This document shows, piece by piece, positions 19,781 through 29,942 of a DNA stretch of 64,000 nt; within the stretch, counting starts at the first letter, position 1; each line of letters opens with the position of its first letter. Made by a program: the position numbers and the translations under genes. The notes below the pieces were generated by a model that made no database searches, had not been told where the DNA came from, and saw only the letters and a list, made by a program, of their open reading frames with translations. The stretch is taken from NCBI GenBank assembly GCA_018222825.1, contig JAAEZO010000002.1, positions 7,472 to 71,471 on the forward strand, in the 5' to 3' direction. This DNA is from Gammaproteobacteria bacterium (lineage in GTDB: Bacteria; Pseudomonadota; Gammaproteobacteria; Enterobacterales; Aeromonadaceae).

Positions 19781-20538
19781 TACTGGCGCTACTGCTGGCT
19801 CTGCTACCGTCACTGCCGTTGCAGGCACAGGAGCCGGTTAATGCCCGCACTCTTACCGCCTGCGGTCATCCCGAGTCTCCTCCGCTGTCGTGGGTGCAGG
19901 ATGGGGAGCTGATCGGCATTACTCCCCATCTGGCCCGCAAGCTGCTGGCCGAACACGGCTACTCGGTTAACATGCAGGTGTTCGGCAACTGGGAACGCTG
20001 CCAGCTGGCGGCACGTCAGGGCAAAGTGGATCTGATTCTGGCCGCCTACAAGACCCGCCTGCGGGAACAGAACTTTGTGTTCAGCGACACCCCCATCGTC
20101 GCCGAACCGGTGGTGCTGTTTACCCATTTCGGCCATGGCAGTCAGTCACCCTATAGCCTATCCGACAAGACCCTGGGGTTGCTGTTTGGCGACAGCTTCG
20201 GTGACCATTTCGACCAGGCCGCCGCCCGCCACCCGCATGTGGAGCGAGTATCCACCGGTGAGCAGAACTTTCACAAACTGGCGCTGGGTCGCATCGACTA
20301 CATGCCCATCGGGCTAGCTACCGGCAAACTGCAGGCACAAAAATTCGGTCTAGCCGGACAGGTGTTTGCCCTGCCCGATCTGCTCACGCTGGAGTATTAT
20401 CATCTGGCGTTACCCAAGGGCTCGGTACTGGAGCCGCTGCTGCCTGCATTGTCGGCTCAACTGCAAGCACTTGCCGACGACCGTTATATTGAACGCATTA
20501 CTCCCTATTTTGAACGCCGTTACCTGGACACCCTCTGA
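19771..20538 (+). CDS. Periplasmic substrate-binding protein (SBP_bac_3-like)
   Basis: Signal peptide; NWERC, GKVDLI and LALGRIDY motifs; overlaps the regulator stop and abuts the kinase. Confidence 0.8.
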   Translation: MPLILALLLALLPSLPLQAQEPVNARTLTACGHPESPPLSWVQDGELIGITPHLARKLLAEHGYSVNMQVFGNWERCQLAARQGKVDLILAAYKTRLREQNFVFSDTPIVAEPVVLFTHFGHGSQSPYSLSDKTLGLLFGDSFGDHFDQAAARHPHVERVSTGEQNFHKLALGRIDYMPIGLATGKLQAQKFGLAGQVFALPDLLTLEYYHLALPKGSVLEPLLPALSAQLQALADDRYIERITPYFERRYLDTL

Positions 20539-22797
20539 ATGAATGCCCTGTTTACCCTGTTGCCCCGCTACCGGCGGCGGCACCCGCTGAGTTTTCGCCT
20601 GTTTCTGCTGGTGCTGGCCGTCAGCCTGAGCCTGTCACTGCTGTCTACCGCCTTTCAGCTCTGGCTCGACCATCGTCAGATACGCCACGATCTGGACGAC
20701 CGCCTTACCCTTATCGAACAGAGCTACCTCGACAGCCTGACCCAGAGCCTGTGGGATCTGAACCTGCCGCAAGCCCGGTTACAGCTGGAAAGCATGCTCG
20801 ACATGCCGCACCTGGCTCGGCTGTCGGTGACCGGAGACGCCCTGGACGACACCCTAGTACTGGCCGGCAACAACAGCAATGAGAGCGTGCTTGAATACGG
20901 CTTCGACTTGATTTATCCCAGCCCGGCATTGGGCCCGCAGCAGGTTGGCCGGCTGGACATTGCCTTCAGCAAGCACAGCATTCGCCGGCAGCTGATTGAC
21001 CACGCGCAGACCATTTTGCTGAGCCAGACCCTGACCATACTGGTCATTGCCCTCTGCCTGATGCTGGTATTCCAGCGCCGGGTCACCCGCCACCTGGAGC
21101 GCATGGCCCGGCATGTGGCGCAGATTGGCGAAGGCCAACCCAACAGCCCGCCACTGGCGCTGGCACGCTCATCCGGCCAGTTGCCCGACGAGCTGGACAC
21201 CCTGGTGGGCGCCATCAACACCATGCGCCGGGCGGTGGAGCGCCGCCAGAACGAATTGCAGCACGACAAAGACCGGCTTGAAGCCCTGGTAGACAGACGC
21301 ACCCAGCACCTGCGCCAGGCCAAGGAAGCGGCCGAGGCCGCCGACAGCGCCAAAAGTCGTTTTATCGCCAACATGACCCACGAACTGCGCACCCCGATGA
21401 ACGGCATCATGGGCACCCTCGCCCTGCTCAGGCCCGCGCTGAAAGACAGCCCCGAACAAGGAATGCTCGACATATTGCAGCACTCGTCCGAGCACCTGTT
21501 GATGTTGCTGAACGACGTGCTCGATTATGCGGCACTGGAGCAGGGCCCGCTGCCCGAAGATCCGGCCCCCTTCGCACTGAATGAGCTGCTGGAAAGCACG
21601 GTTGCCATGATGCAGGGCTACGCCGAGGCCAAGCAGATTCAGCTGCAGCTGGCCGCTCCCAACGCCGAATTGTGGCTCTCGGGCCACGCCGGCCGGCTGC
21701 GCCAGGTGCTGATCAACCTGCTGTCCAACGCCACCAAGTTCACCGACGAGGGCGGCCGGGTCAGCCTCACCGCCCGGGCGATGAACGGCGGCTGGCAGTT
21801 CAGCGTAGAAGACAACGGCATCGGCATTGCCCTCGAGCAGCAGGATCGCATTTTTCAGCGCTTTACCCAAGCCGACGAAAGCATAGGCCGGCGTTATGGC
21901 GGCACCGGACTGGGGCTGGCCATTTCCAAACGGCTGATCGAGGCCATGGGCGGCAGCATGAGCCTGCAAAGCACCCCCGGCCTGGGTAGTTGCTTCAGCT
22001 TTATTCTGCCACTAACCGCCGCCAACACCCCGGCCACCGAGCAACAGACCGAGTTGGCCGCCCTGCCCAGCCTCAGCCTGCTGCTGGTGGAAGACGTTAC
22101 CATCAATCGAGCCATTCTTGCGGCCATGCTGGAGCAGCACGGTCACCTGGTGAACCAGGCAGAAAGTGGCGAGCAGGCAGTCGAGCTGGCCCGGCATCAG
22201 GCCTTTGATCTTATTCTGATGGACATGCACCTGCCGGGCATGGACGGACTGGAAGCCAGCCGCTGCATTCGCCATCAAACCCGGGGGCTGAACCGGGATA
22301 CCCCGGTCATCGCCCTCACCGCCAGCGTGGGCCCGGACGATATTCGCCGTTATCTGGCCGCCGGGCTCAAAGCCGTGGTGGCCAAGCCGGTACAATGGCC
22401 AAGGCTGACCCAGGCATTCAGTCAGGCATTGGGCATTCGTATACAACCGGAGCTGGAGCAACCCCTGCTGCAAGAACACCTGCGGGTGCTGGGCCGCCCC
22501 CGCTTGCAGGCCATGCTGAGCAACTTTGCCGACGAGCTGCCCGCCCAGCAGGCGGCCATAGAGCAGGCGCTGGCAGAAGAAGATCATCTGGAACTGGGCC
22601 AACTGGCACACCGGCTGGGCGGCACCGCCCGCCTGCTGGCTCAGACCCGGCTGGCCGAGGTACTGACCCGGCTGGAGCACACTGCCGAGACCCAGAACCT
22701 GATGACCCACAGTCTGGCCGGCGAGCTGACCCAGGCGGTAATAGAAACGCAGCAAGGCCTTTCTGCGCTCACCAGCCGCCTCGATGGTAACAACTGA
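20539..22797 (+). CDS. Hybrid sensor histidine kinase (HAMP-HisKA-HATPase-REC-Hpt)
   Basis: Two TM segments, [30 protein letters not shown], receiver LMDMHLP and Hpt-like AHRLGG. Confidence 0.92.
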   Translation: MNALFTLLPRYRRRHPLSFRLFLLVLAVSLSLSLLSTAFQLWLDHRQIRHDLDDRLTLIEQSYLDSLTQSLWDLNLPQARLQLESMLDMPHLARLSVTGDALDDTLVLAGNNSNESVLEYGFDLIYPSPALGPQQVGRLDIAFSKHSIRRQLIDHAQTILLSQTLTILVIALCLMLVFQRRVTRHLERMARHVAQIGEGQPNSPPLALARSSGQLPDELDTLVGAINTMRRAVERRQNELQHDKDRLEALVDRRTQHLRQAKEAAEAADSAKSRFIANMTHELRTPMNGIMGTLALLRPALKDSPEQGMLDILQHSSEHLLMLLNDVLDYAALEQGPLPEDPAPFALNELLESTVAMMQGYAEAKQIQLQLAAPNAELWLSGHAGRLRQVLINLLSNATKFTDEGGRVSLTARAMNGGWQFSVEDNGIGIALEQQDRIFQRFTQADESIGRRYGGTGLGLAISKRLIEAMGGSMSLQSTPGLGSCFSFILPLTAANTPATEQQTELAALPSLSLLLVEDVTINRAILAAMLEQHGHLVNQAESGEQAVELARHQAFDLILMDMHLPGMDGLEASRCIRHQTRGLNRDTPVIALTASVGPDDIRRYLAAGLKAVVAKPVQWPRLTQAFSQALGIRIQPELEQPLLQEHLRVLGRPRLQAMLSNFADELPAQQAAIEQALAEEDHLELGQLAHRLGGTARLLAQTRLAEVLTRLEHTAETQNLMTHSLAGELTQAVIETQQGLSALTSRLDGNN

Positions 22798-22834
22798 CAC
22801 AAATTTGTTACAATTTTTTACATATATATCATAA
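22795..22834 (+). promoter_or_regulatory. Tandem ~10-bp direct repeats (OmpR-type operator) upstream of the nhaC-family gene
   Basis: TGACACAAAT TTGTTACAAT TTTTTACATA TATATCATAA; the two TTACA cores are exactly 10 bp apart. Confidence 0.5.
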
Positions 22835-22937
22835 CTGCCACACATAGCTACTTTAGTCTGACCCTATCCCTGATAGGGATATTTGCCGCAGGCCGGTTAC
22901 TCACACCGGCCTGCCCAACAGGCTCAAGGAGAGAACC

Positions 22938-24413
22938 ATGGCAACACCCAACCCGCGCAAACCCGGCTTCTGGCTGGCCTGCCTGCCCATCGCACTTACC
23001 TTTGTGGTGCTGGGCGTGCAGCTGTTTTACTTCGGCAATTTCACTCCCCATATTCCGCTCGCCATTGGCGTGGCCATTACCGCCCTTATCGGCTGGCTGC
23101 GCGGCTATCGCTGGCCCGAAATGGAAGACGGCATCATGCATGTGGTGCGCCTAGGGCTGCAATCGGTGGGCATTCTGATTATCGTCGGCATGATTGTCGG
23201 CATCTGGATTGCCAGCGGCACCGTGCCCTATTTGATCAAGCTGGGTCTAAGCCTGATCTCGCCTGAACTGTTTCTAGCTGCCAGCGTGCTGATTTGCGCC
23301 GTGGTATCGGTATCACTCGGTACCTCCTGGGGCACCACCGGCACAGTGGGCCTGGCACTGATGGGCATCGGCAGCGGTTTTGACATTCCCATGTACTGGA
23401 CCGCCGGCGCCGTGGTGTCGGGCGCCTTCTTCGGTGACAAAATGTCGCCGTTATCGGACACCACCAACCTGGCCCCGGCAGTAACCGGCGTTAATCTGTT
23501 CGACCATATCCGCAACATGCTACCCACCACCATACCGGCCATGCTGATTGCGCTGGTTATCTATCTGTTTGCCGGCTTCAGCCTGATTGGCGAAAAGCAG
23601 GTCGATTTCGGGCGCATCGAGTCCATCATCAATGGCTTGGACCAGCACTTTAATCTGTCGTGGCCGCTGTTGCTGCCGCTGGCCGTGACTGTATTGCTGG
23701 CGCTGAAAAAAATGCCCGCCCTGCCCACCCTGTTTGCCGGTGCCATGCTGGGTTTGGCAACCGCCATGCTGACTCAGGACGTGGGCCTGCAGCAGGCGTT
23801 CAACTTCATGTTCAGCGGTTATCAGATTGATACCGGCGTGCGCGAAATCGATGCCCTGCTCAACCGCGGTGGCATACAAAGCATGACTTGGGTAATCACC
23901 CTGATGCTAGTGGCCCTGGCCTTTGGCGGCGTGCTGGAACGCACCGGCTGTTTGGCAGTGATCATGGAAAAAATTCTGACCCGTACCAAAAGCTTTGGCG
24001 CCATTCAGTCTTCTGCCATTGCCACCTCAGCCATGACCAACGTGATTGGCGGCGACCCCTACCTCTCTATCGCCCTGCCCGGCCGCATGTTTGCTCCCGC
24101 CTACCGGGCCAAGGGCTATTCGGCATTGAACCTGTCACGAGCAGTAGAAGAAGGTGGCACCCTGATCTCGCCACTCATTCCCTGGAACGCCGGTGGCGCC
24201 GTGGTCATTACTGCCCTGGGCCTGGGTATTGCCGAGGGGCAGACCGAGAACCTGCTGTATATTCCGCTGGCCTTCGCCTGCTGGTTGTCGCCGCTGATCG
24301 GCATGGCCTACGCCCATTTGGGCTGGTTTTCGCCCAAGGCCTCGGTTGAAGAAGTTGCCCAGTGGCAACAGCAAGAAGCCGAACTGGTTGCCGAACCGGC
24401 GCCGGCGAAATAA
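22938..24413 (+). CDS. nhaC: NhaC-family transporter
   Basis: GTSWGTTGTVG, SGAFFGDKMSPLSDTTNLA, LLNRGG and PLIPWN motifs. Confidence 0.88.
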   Translation: MATPNPRKPGFWLACLPIALTFVVLGVQLFYFGNFTPHIPLAIGVAITALIGWLRGYRWPEMEDGIMHVVRLGLQSVGILIIVGMIVGIWIASGTVPYLIKLGLSLISPELFLAASVLICAVVSVSLGTSWGTTGTVGLALMGIGSGFDIPMYWTAGAVVSGAFFGDKMSPLSDTTNLAPAVTGVNLFDHIRNMLPTTIPAMLIALVIYLFAGFSLIGEKQVDFGRIESIINGLDQHFNLSWPLLLPLAVTVLLALKKMPALPTLFAGAMLGLATAMLTQDVGLQQAFNFMFSGYQIDTGVREIDALLNRGGIQSMTWVITLMLVALAFGGVLERTGCLAVIMEKILTRTKSFGAIQSSAIATSAMTNVIGGDPYLSIALPGRMFAPAYRAKGYSALNLSRAVEEGGTLISPLIPWNAGGAVVITALGLGIAEGQTENLLYIPLAFACWLSPLIGMAYAHLGWFSPKASVEEVAQWQQQEAELVAEPAPAK

Positions 24414-24428
24414 CACACCGCAACAACC

Positions 24429-24454
24429 AAAAACGGGCCATTCGGCCCGTTTTT
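24429..24454 (+). terminator. Rho-independent terminator after nhaC
   Basis: AAAAACGGGCC-attc-GGCCCGTTTTT. Confidence 0.85.
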
Positions 24455-24659
24455 GTATTGAAGACTTTACCTCTCACTTTTTTATCTCTGCTCGCCTCTA
24501 CACCTCTGATCTTTAACCCACGCCTTTACATTTAATTTATCCATCTCCATTCTTCTTATCAAAAAGGAATTATGAGGGTATTCGCTAGATTGGTCGTGAT
24601 GTTAATGACCACTATTACTGCTAAAGTATTATGAGCTTAGGTTTATTTGGAGTTATGTC

Positions 24660-25181
24660 ATGAAAAGGTATTTTCTAATCTTTTTTCTCCTTGCTGGGTG
24701 CCAGAGTGCTAGTAGCAAAAATTATAACGCCTCTGCAAAAGAGACCGTGCCTGATGATGTTTACTACATATCGACATGTAACTTTTCTTTATATAATGAC
24801 GATGACTGTGTTAATAAAGCACAACGAAATATATCTAGAGAAAAAATCGAAGAGTTAAGGTAAAAAAGTAATTTTAAGACATTCGAAGAAATATTTTACG
24901 CTTCTTATCCGGCTGTAAATAGCATTGGACAAGATGTTCCATACAACCTATTTATTCTTGCTGAAGTTATTCCTCCTACAAGTACTGAAAATGCGGTATT
25001 TGCATTCAGAAATAGCTCTTATGATTACGGATTATTGTGGTCACCCAGTGACCAGCCCTCATACAGAAAATACAAAATTGGGACTCCACTACCTAAATTT
25101 GTTAGTTGTTCAGTAATGTATTCTATCCCTAAGCTGGTTTCATTAAAGTACTATTCTCTATTTAGTGTACCTTGCGATTAA
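24660..25181 (+). pseudogene. AT-rich lipoprotein gene with one in-frame TAA at 24861-24863
   Basis: GGAG RBS and lipobox MKRYFLIFFLLAG|C; after the TAA the same frame stays open for 105 codons (KSNFKTFEEIFY...SVPCD) to TAA 25179-25181. Confidence 0.7.
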
Positions 25182-25287
25182 ATAACAAAAAAGTTGAAGA
25201 TCCGACCTATCTGAAAACCGGTTTGACCGGTTCATAAACGGCTAAAAAGCTTCTATGTTCTGAGGTGCATAAGATCTTTAAATTAAC

Positions 25288-25314
25288 AAAAACGGGCCTC
25301 GATGGCCCGCTTTT
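25288..25314 (-). terminator. Terminator of ddh-like operon copy 1
   Basis: AAAAACGGGCC-tcgat-GGCCCGCTTTT. Confidence 0.8.
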
Positions 25315-25344
25315 CGTTTGACTGCATGCCGGTCGATAACTGTT

Positions 25345-27216
25345 TTACTCGGGCACCAGGCTGCGCCGCAGAATACAGCCCTGATCGCCCACCGCGTAAA
25401 CGGTGCCTTCGCGGGTGACGCACAGCGCCCGCAGGCCCATGGCGGTGGGGGTAATCTCCCGCTGCCAGTGATTGTGATCCAGCCGCAGCACTGTGCCCCG
25501 AGTGCCCACCGCAAACACCTCACCGCTGTCGTTGCCCGAGATGGCCAGCAAATCGTGCTGCTGCCGGGTTGGCATCAGTTGCCAGCGGGTACCGTTGAAA
25601 TGGGCCACGGTGCCCGACAGACCCACCGCATAAATGTTGTCCAGCGCCGAGCCCCAGACACCGTAAATAAACTGTTCGGTGCCGGTGTTGAATTCCTTCC
25701 AGTCCTGGCCGTTGTAACGCAGCGCCAGGCCAAAATCCCCCACCGCCAGCAAGTGCCGGTCGTCCAGGCCCCAGATGTCATACAGCGCGGAGTGTGTGCC
25801 GGCGGGCAACCGTTTCCAGCTCAGGCCGTCAAAGTGCAGGATCAGCCCTTCATCCCCCACCGCATAAATGGAGTTAGGCCCGGTGCCCCACATCGCCAGT
25901 ATGGTCACATGCAGATGCAGATCGAAATGCAGCTGCCACTGCTCGCCGTTAAAGCGATAGATGCGCCCTTCCTGACCGGCGGCAAACAGGCCTGCATCGG
26001 CACAGCTCCACATACAATGCACCGCCAGCTCGTCGGGCGACGGCATGGCTTGCCACTCGCCGTTATGCAGGCGCAGCACGGTGCCGGCGTCGCCACAGGC
26101 ATAGCAGGTGCCGTCATGGGCTTGCCATATCCCCCATAACTGACGACGGGTGGGGCTGGCCATCTGCTCCCAGTGCGAGCTGGGCTGTTGGTCTTTGGGC
26201 ACAGCCAGCGCCTGCTCGAATTCGGGCGCGGCGGTCATGATGGTGCCAAAGTCGCCCACCACCAGCGCTTCGCCGGATGGCAGGGTAATGATGTCCATCA
26301 GATCGTGCCGGGTATTGCATTCCAGCCGTTTGAGCTGGTTGTCGTGCAGATAGAACAGCTGCCCCCGGTCACCCACCATCAGCACGCCCTGTTTGTAGGC
26401 CCGAAGGGCGCGCAGCCGGGGCATCTCGGTCTCGGCACCCAGGTTATGAAACTCGCCTTGGCAATAATGCACCAGCTCGCCCCGAAAGCCGCCCTTGTCC
26501 ACGAAGTAGCGCCCCCCCGCCAGCAGCAGTTCGTCGTCGTTCAGCACCAGCATGGCGTGAAAGCCGGTGCCAAACGGGCAGTCGATTTCGTGCCAGTGAC
26601 CCTGCTGATCCCGGCGCAGCAGGGTGCCTTCGTTGCCCGCCGCATACACGTTGCCGGCGGGCGTGCAGGCCACCGCCCGCAGGTTGATGCGACTGCCGGA
26701 CGCCTCGGGTTGCCAGCCTTGGCCGTCGAAGTGAAGAATGCGACCTTCATCCCCCACCGCCCAGGCTTCACCAGCGTCGTTACCGTCGATGGCAAACAGC
26801 GGCGTGTTCTCTTCACAGGCGGTGAAACGCCCCTGCTCTTCATCGACCACGCCGCCCTGCACCCGTTGCCAGTGCTGGCCGTCATAACCGAGCACGCAGC
26901 CCATCCAGCCCACCGCATGCAGGCGGTCGGGAGATACCCCCCAAATGCCATGCAGCGGCAGCGGCACCTCTACCTTCATCGTTTGCCAGCCCTGTTGTTC
27001 CGGTGCGGCATGACTGTCGAAGTGCAGAATGCGGCCTTCATCCCCCACCACAAACACTTCTCCCCGGCCGGCCCAGCCGGACCAGAGCACGTCGCCATCG
27101 CCGGCATTGATTTCAGGCACCGGCCGCCAGGATGCGACGGCGGGTGACTGCGGGTCGAGACGGCTCGCCAGTTGGCGAAAAAAGTGCCGGCGGGTGGGAT
27201 CGACGGGTGAATTCAT
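25345..27216 (-). CDS. Uncharacterised 14-repeat beta-propeller protein (BNR/Ycf48-like repeats), copy 1
   Basis: 14 repeats of about 40 aa with pattern LxxIWG...AVGDxGxILHxDGxxW; N-terminal TRRHFF. Confidence 0.8.
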   Translation of the reverse strand: MNSPVDPTRRHFFRQLASRLDPQSPAVASWRPVPEINAGDGDVLWSGWAGRGEVFVVGDEGRILHFDSHAAPEQQGWQTMKVEVPLPLHGIWGVSPDRLHAVGWMGCVLGYDGQHWQRVQGGVVDEEQGRFTACEENTPLFAIDGNDAGEAWAVGDEGRILHFDGQGWQPEASGSRINLRAVACTPAGNVYAAGNEGTLLRRDQQGHWHEIDCPFGTGFHAMLVLNDDELLLAGGRYFVDKGGFRGELVHYCQGEFHNLGAETEMPRLRALRAYKQGVLMVGDRGQLFYLHDNQLKRLECNTRHDLMDIITLPSGEALVVGDFGTIMTAAPEFEQALAVPKDQQPSSHWEQMASPTRRQLWGIWQAHDGTCYACGDAGTVLRLHNGEWQAMPSPDELAVHCMWSCADAGLFAAGQEGRIYRFNGEQWQLHFDLHLHVTILAMWGTGPNSIYAVGDEGLILHFDGLSWKRLPAGTHSALYDIWGLDDRHLLAVGDFGLALRYNGQDWKEFNTGTEQFIYGVWGSALDNIYAVGLSGTVAHFNGTRWQLMPTRQQHDLLAISGNDSGEVFAVGTRGTVLRLDHNHWQREITPTAMGLRALCVTREGTVYAVGDQGCILRRSLVPE

Positions 27217-27237
27217 GGTGCTCTCCTCATGCCCGGT

Positions 27238-28359
27238 TCAGGACCGGCCGGATGATGATTGTAACCGCTGGCGCTCGCCGGCAAGCAGCGCCTCAAGCTC
27301 TTGTTGTGCCGCCTTGCGTTCGTGCTCGGGCAGCCCCTCCAGCGCCACCGCCAGCTCGGCCCCGGCGACGTTCGTCATCGACTGCAGCTCTTCGGTGGCG
27401 GCGGTAATACCGACCGCCCGCGCATGCTCGATGCAGGCGTCGATAACCGGCGCAAAGGCCAGCGCTTCCGGGCTGTCGGGTTGATCCAGCATCACCGGAT
27501 GACCGGTATCAGAGGCCATCGCCAACAGGGGCGACAGCGGAATGCTGGCCAGTGAGGTCACCTCAAGGGATGCCAACGCCTCGGCCAGATGGGTGCGCGG
27601 AAACAGATGGAATTCACCGCCGCAGTGCGGGCAGGTCACTCCCGCCATGTTCTCTACCGCGCCGATTATCGGCAACCCGCGATCCTGGCAGTAACGAATG
27701 GCCTTGAGGCTGTCCATCAGCGCCACTTCCTGCGGCGTGGTGGTGATCAGCGCCGCCACCGCCTGCTGCTCCAGCAAGTCGGCCAGGGTGATCAGCTCGT
27801 TGCCGGTGCCCGGCGGCATGTCGATCACCAGAAAATCGAGCGGGCCCCAGTCAAAACTGCCGATCAGATGATGCATGAAGTCGTGCTTGTAGGCATCGCG
27901 CCAGACGATGGGGGTATCGTCCCGTTCCATCATGAACGCCAGTGACCCCACCCGCACCGGCTGCGGCAGACAGTCGCCGAAGCAGGCCCTGGTTTCCAGC
28001 CCCTGCTCGTTGATGCGTATGCGCTGCCCCACCAGATTGAAAAAACGACTCTGATTGGGGCCGTGAATATCCGCATCCGCCACCCCAACTCGAAAGCCGC
28101 GTGCGGCAAGTCCGGCGGCCAGGTTGGCCGAGACGGTGCTTTTGCCGACCCCGCCCTTGTTGGCCATCACCAGAATGATCTGGCCAATTTGTGCCAGCCG
28201 TTTTTCCAGCAGCCGCTTCTCATGGTGCGGTTTGTCAAGGCCGCATTCCGGCTCGCGAGGGCAAAACTGGCAGGCGTGCCCTAGGTTGCAGTCGGCGGGC
28301 CTCAGCGCCAGCGGGTCTGGCTCCTGGCCCGAACCGGGGGTAAATCGGGATACTGACAT
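27238..28359 (-). CDS. Mrp/ApbC/Nbp35-family Fe-S carrier ATPase, copy 1
   Basis: NKGGVGKST, DADIHGP, DMPPGTG and ENMAGVTCPHC motifs; start ATG 28359 with AGGAG RBS. Confidence 0.9.
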   Translation of the reverse strand: MSVSRFTPGSGQEPDPLALRPADCNLGHACQFCPREPECGLDKPHHEKRLLEKRLAQIGQIILVMANKGGVGKSTVSANLAAGLAARGFRVGVADADIHGPNQSRFFNLVGQRIRINEQGLETRACFGDCLPQPVRVGSLAFMMERDDTPIVWRDAYKHDFMHHLIGSFDWGPLDFLVIDMPPGTGNELITLADLLEQQAVAALITTTPQEVALMDSLKAIRYCQDRGLPIIGAVENMAGVTCPHCGGEFHLFPRTHLAEALASLEVTSLASIPLSPLLAMASDTGHPVMLDQPDSPEALAFAPVIDACIEHARAVGITAATEELQSMTNVAGAELAVALEGLPEHERKAAQQELEALLAGERQRLQSSSGRS

Positions 28360-28387
28360 CGTGAACTCCTTGTTGAGGGCAGACACA

Positions 28388-29173
28388 TTAACCGTTGCTG
28401 TTATCCAGCATTATCCAGTTGGCAGACACCCGCTTGTCGCCATCTCGCTGATCCTGGCTCCCTTCCCAGAGGGCAAATACCACCGGAATGCTGTCGCGCG
28501 ATAAATCGACCTGATGCTCTCCTTCAACCTTCAACGGGCGAGACATCACCACATGCCACTGATTGTCCTGAACGATGGCATCGGTGATATAGGAACTGGC
28601 CCCGGCCACACTCTGTTCGGGCAGCCGGGTTGTGCTGCCGTAACCGCCGGCGGCCAGATTGTCGACCAGCGCCTTGTCCGACTGCCAGTACCAGATGTTG
28701 ACCGGATTGTCGGGACCCGAGCCCATCATGAAGGAGGTGTCGGGGCCATTGATGGCATATTGCACCGCCACGCCGTCACGAAAACGGTCGACGGTGGTGG
28801 CACTATCATCGGTGGCGTCTTTCCAGCGTAGCCTTATATAGAAACGCTCATCGGAGCGGGCGACCTGAAAATACAGATGCTTGGGCTCGAGTGCGGTGTT
28901 CTGATCAAAACGCAGGATCACGGACGCATGCACCGGCGGCGCCGAATACAGATCGGTGCGATACACGGGCAGGCGATCCCAGATCAAATCGTCCGGGTCG
29001 TTCTGGGTACGCAGATAAATGGTGCCGGGTATGCGCGATACCTTCACCGTGTCGCCCGGGCTCACATCGGTCACGTTGGGGTTGAGTTCGGAGTGATCGG
29101 CCTGGGCGATGCCACCGGCAGTGAGCGCCAGCCCCAGCAGAACGGCGCGATAAATGGACAGATTGACTCTCAT
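28388..29173 (-). CDS. ddhC: Heme b gamma subunit of a DMS-dehydrogenase-like enzyme (EbdC/DdhC family), copy 1
   Basis: Sec signal; FRDGVAVQY, FMMGS, VNIWYW and RDGDKRVS (candidate Met/Lys heme ligands). Confidence 0.8.
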   Translation of the reverse strand: MRVNLSIYRAVLLGLALTAGGIAQADHSELNPNVTDVSPGDTVKVSRIPGTIYLRTQNDPDDLIWDRLPVYRTDLYSAPPVHASVILRFDQNTALEPKHLYFQVARSDERFYIRLRWKDATDDSATTVDRFRDGVAVQYAINGPDTSFMMGSGPDNPVNIWYWQSDKALVDNLAAGGYGSTTRLPEQSVAGASSYITDAIVQDNQWHVVMSRPLKVEGEHQVDLSRDSIPVVFALWEGSQDQRDGDKRVSANWIMLDNSNG

Positions 29174-29195
29174 AACGGGTTCCTCTCGGTCATGG

Positions 29196-29927
29196 CTAAT
29201 CCCACATATTCTGGGGCTCTGCGCTGGCCGTGTTGCGGCCCGCTCCCGGTGCCGGGCACGGGCCGACCTGATTTTCCAGACGGTGCTGCTGGCCTGCCGC
29301 CCAGTCCGGCAACCGCTGTATCAGATAAGCCAGGCTGGCATCCAGCTCCTGCCCTCCTTCGCCGGCAAGACGGGCACGCAAGGTATTCAGCAGCGGCAGC
29401 AGGTAACGCGCCATAAAGTCGCGCAGGGCGCGCTGATAGGGCGAGGCATCGCGCCGGTTAAGTGATGCCTGCTCTTCGAGGTGGCAGAGCAGCGCGCAAA
29501 ACTCCAGCATGGTGACCAGGTGATCCGGCTCATCGATATGGCCTTCGTCATCGGTCGCCGCCTTGAGTCCGAAATGGGTATAGAACGCCTGCACATTGAG
29601 CATGAAATTGCCCGGCGTGTCGCCGGCCAGCAGGGTGTCGTAGCCGCTGGCCACCAGCGGTACCCTCGGCTTGCCGCGACGGCCGTGGGCAAAGGTGGAC
29701 ATGTAGCCCACTTCCAGTTGCGACAGGTCGGGGCTGGCCGGCAAGCGGGGCCAGGGTGCCTCGCCCAGCGTCTGCATGGCCGCATTCAGCGCCTGCGCCA
29801 GACGCCCCTGCTCTATCGCCTGCTGGGTTTCGGCCAGTGGATAGTCCAGCATGGCGGCGGCCAGCCGAAACACGGTACCCCGGGCCATCACCACGTCCAT
29901 GTGCGGGGGCATTGATATCTGGTTCAT
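29196..29927 (-). CDS. ddhD: TorD/DmsD-family chaperone (DdhD-like), copy 1
   Basis: DEPDHLVTMLEF motif; lies between the beta and gamma subunits. Confidence 0.8.
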   Translation of the reverse strand: MNQISMPPHMDVVMARGTVFRLAAAMLDYPLAETQQAIEQGRLAQALNAAMQTLGEAPWPRLPASPDLSQLEVGYMSTFAHGRRGKPRVPLVASGYDTLLAGDTPGNFMLNVQAFYTHFGLKAATDDEGHIDEPDHLVTMLEFCALLCHLEEQASLNRRDASPYQRALRDFMARYLLPLLNTLRARLAGEGGQELDASLAYLIQRLPDWAAGQQHRLENQVGPCPAPGAGRNTASAEPQNMWD

Positions 29928-29942
29928 CTGCTCACTCCCCGT

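Noticed and set aside
24925-25116. 63-aa ORF in the AT-rich insert
   Set aside because: Alternate frame inside the interrupted lipoprotein gene.
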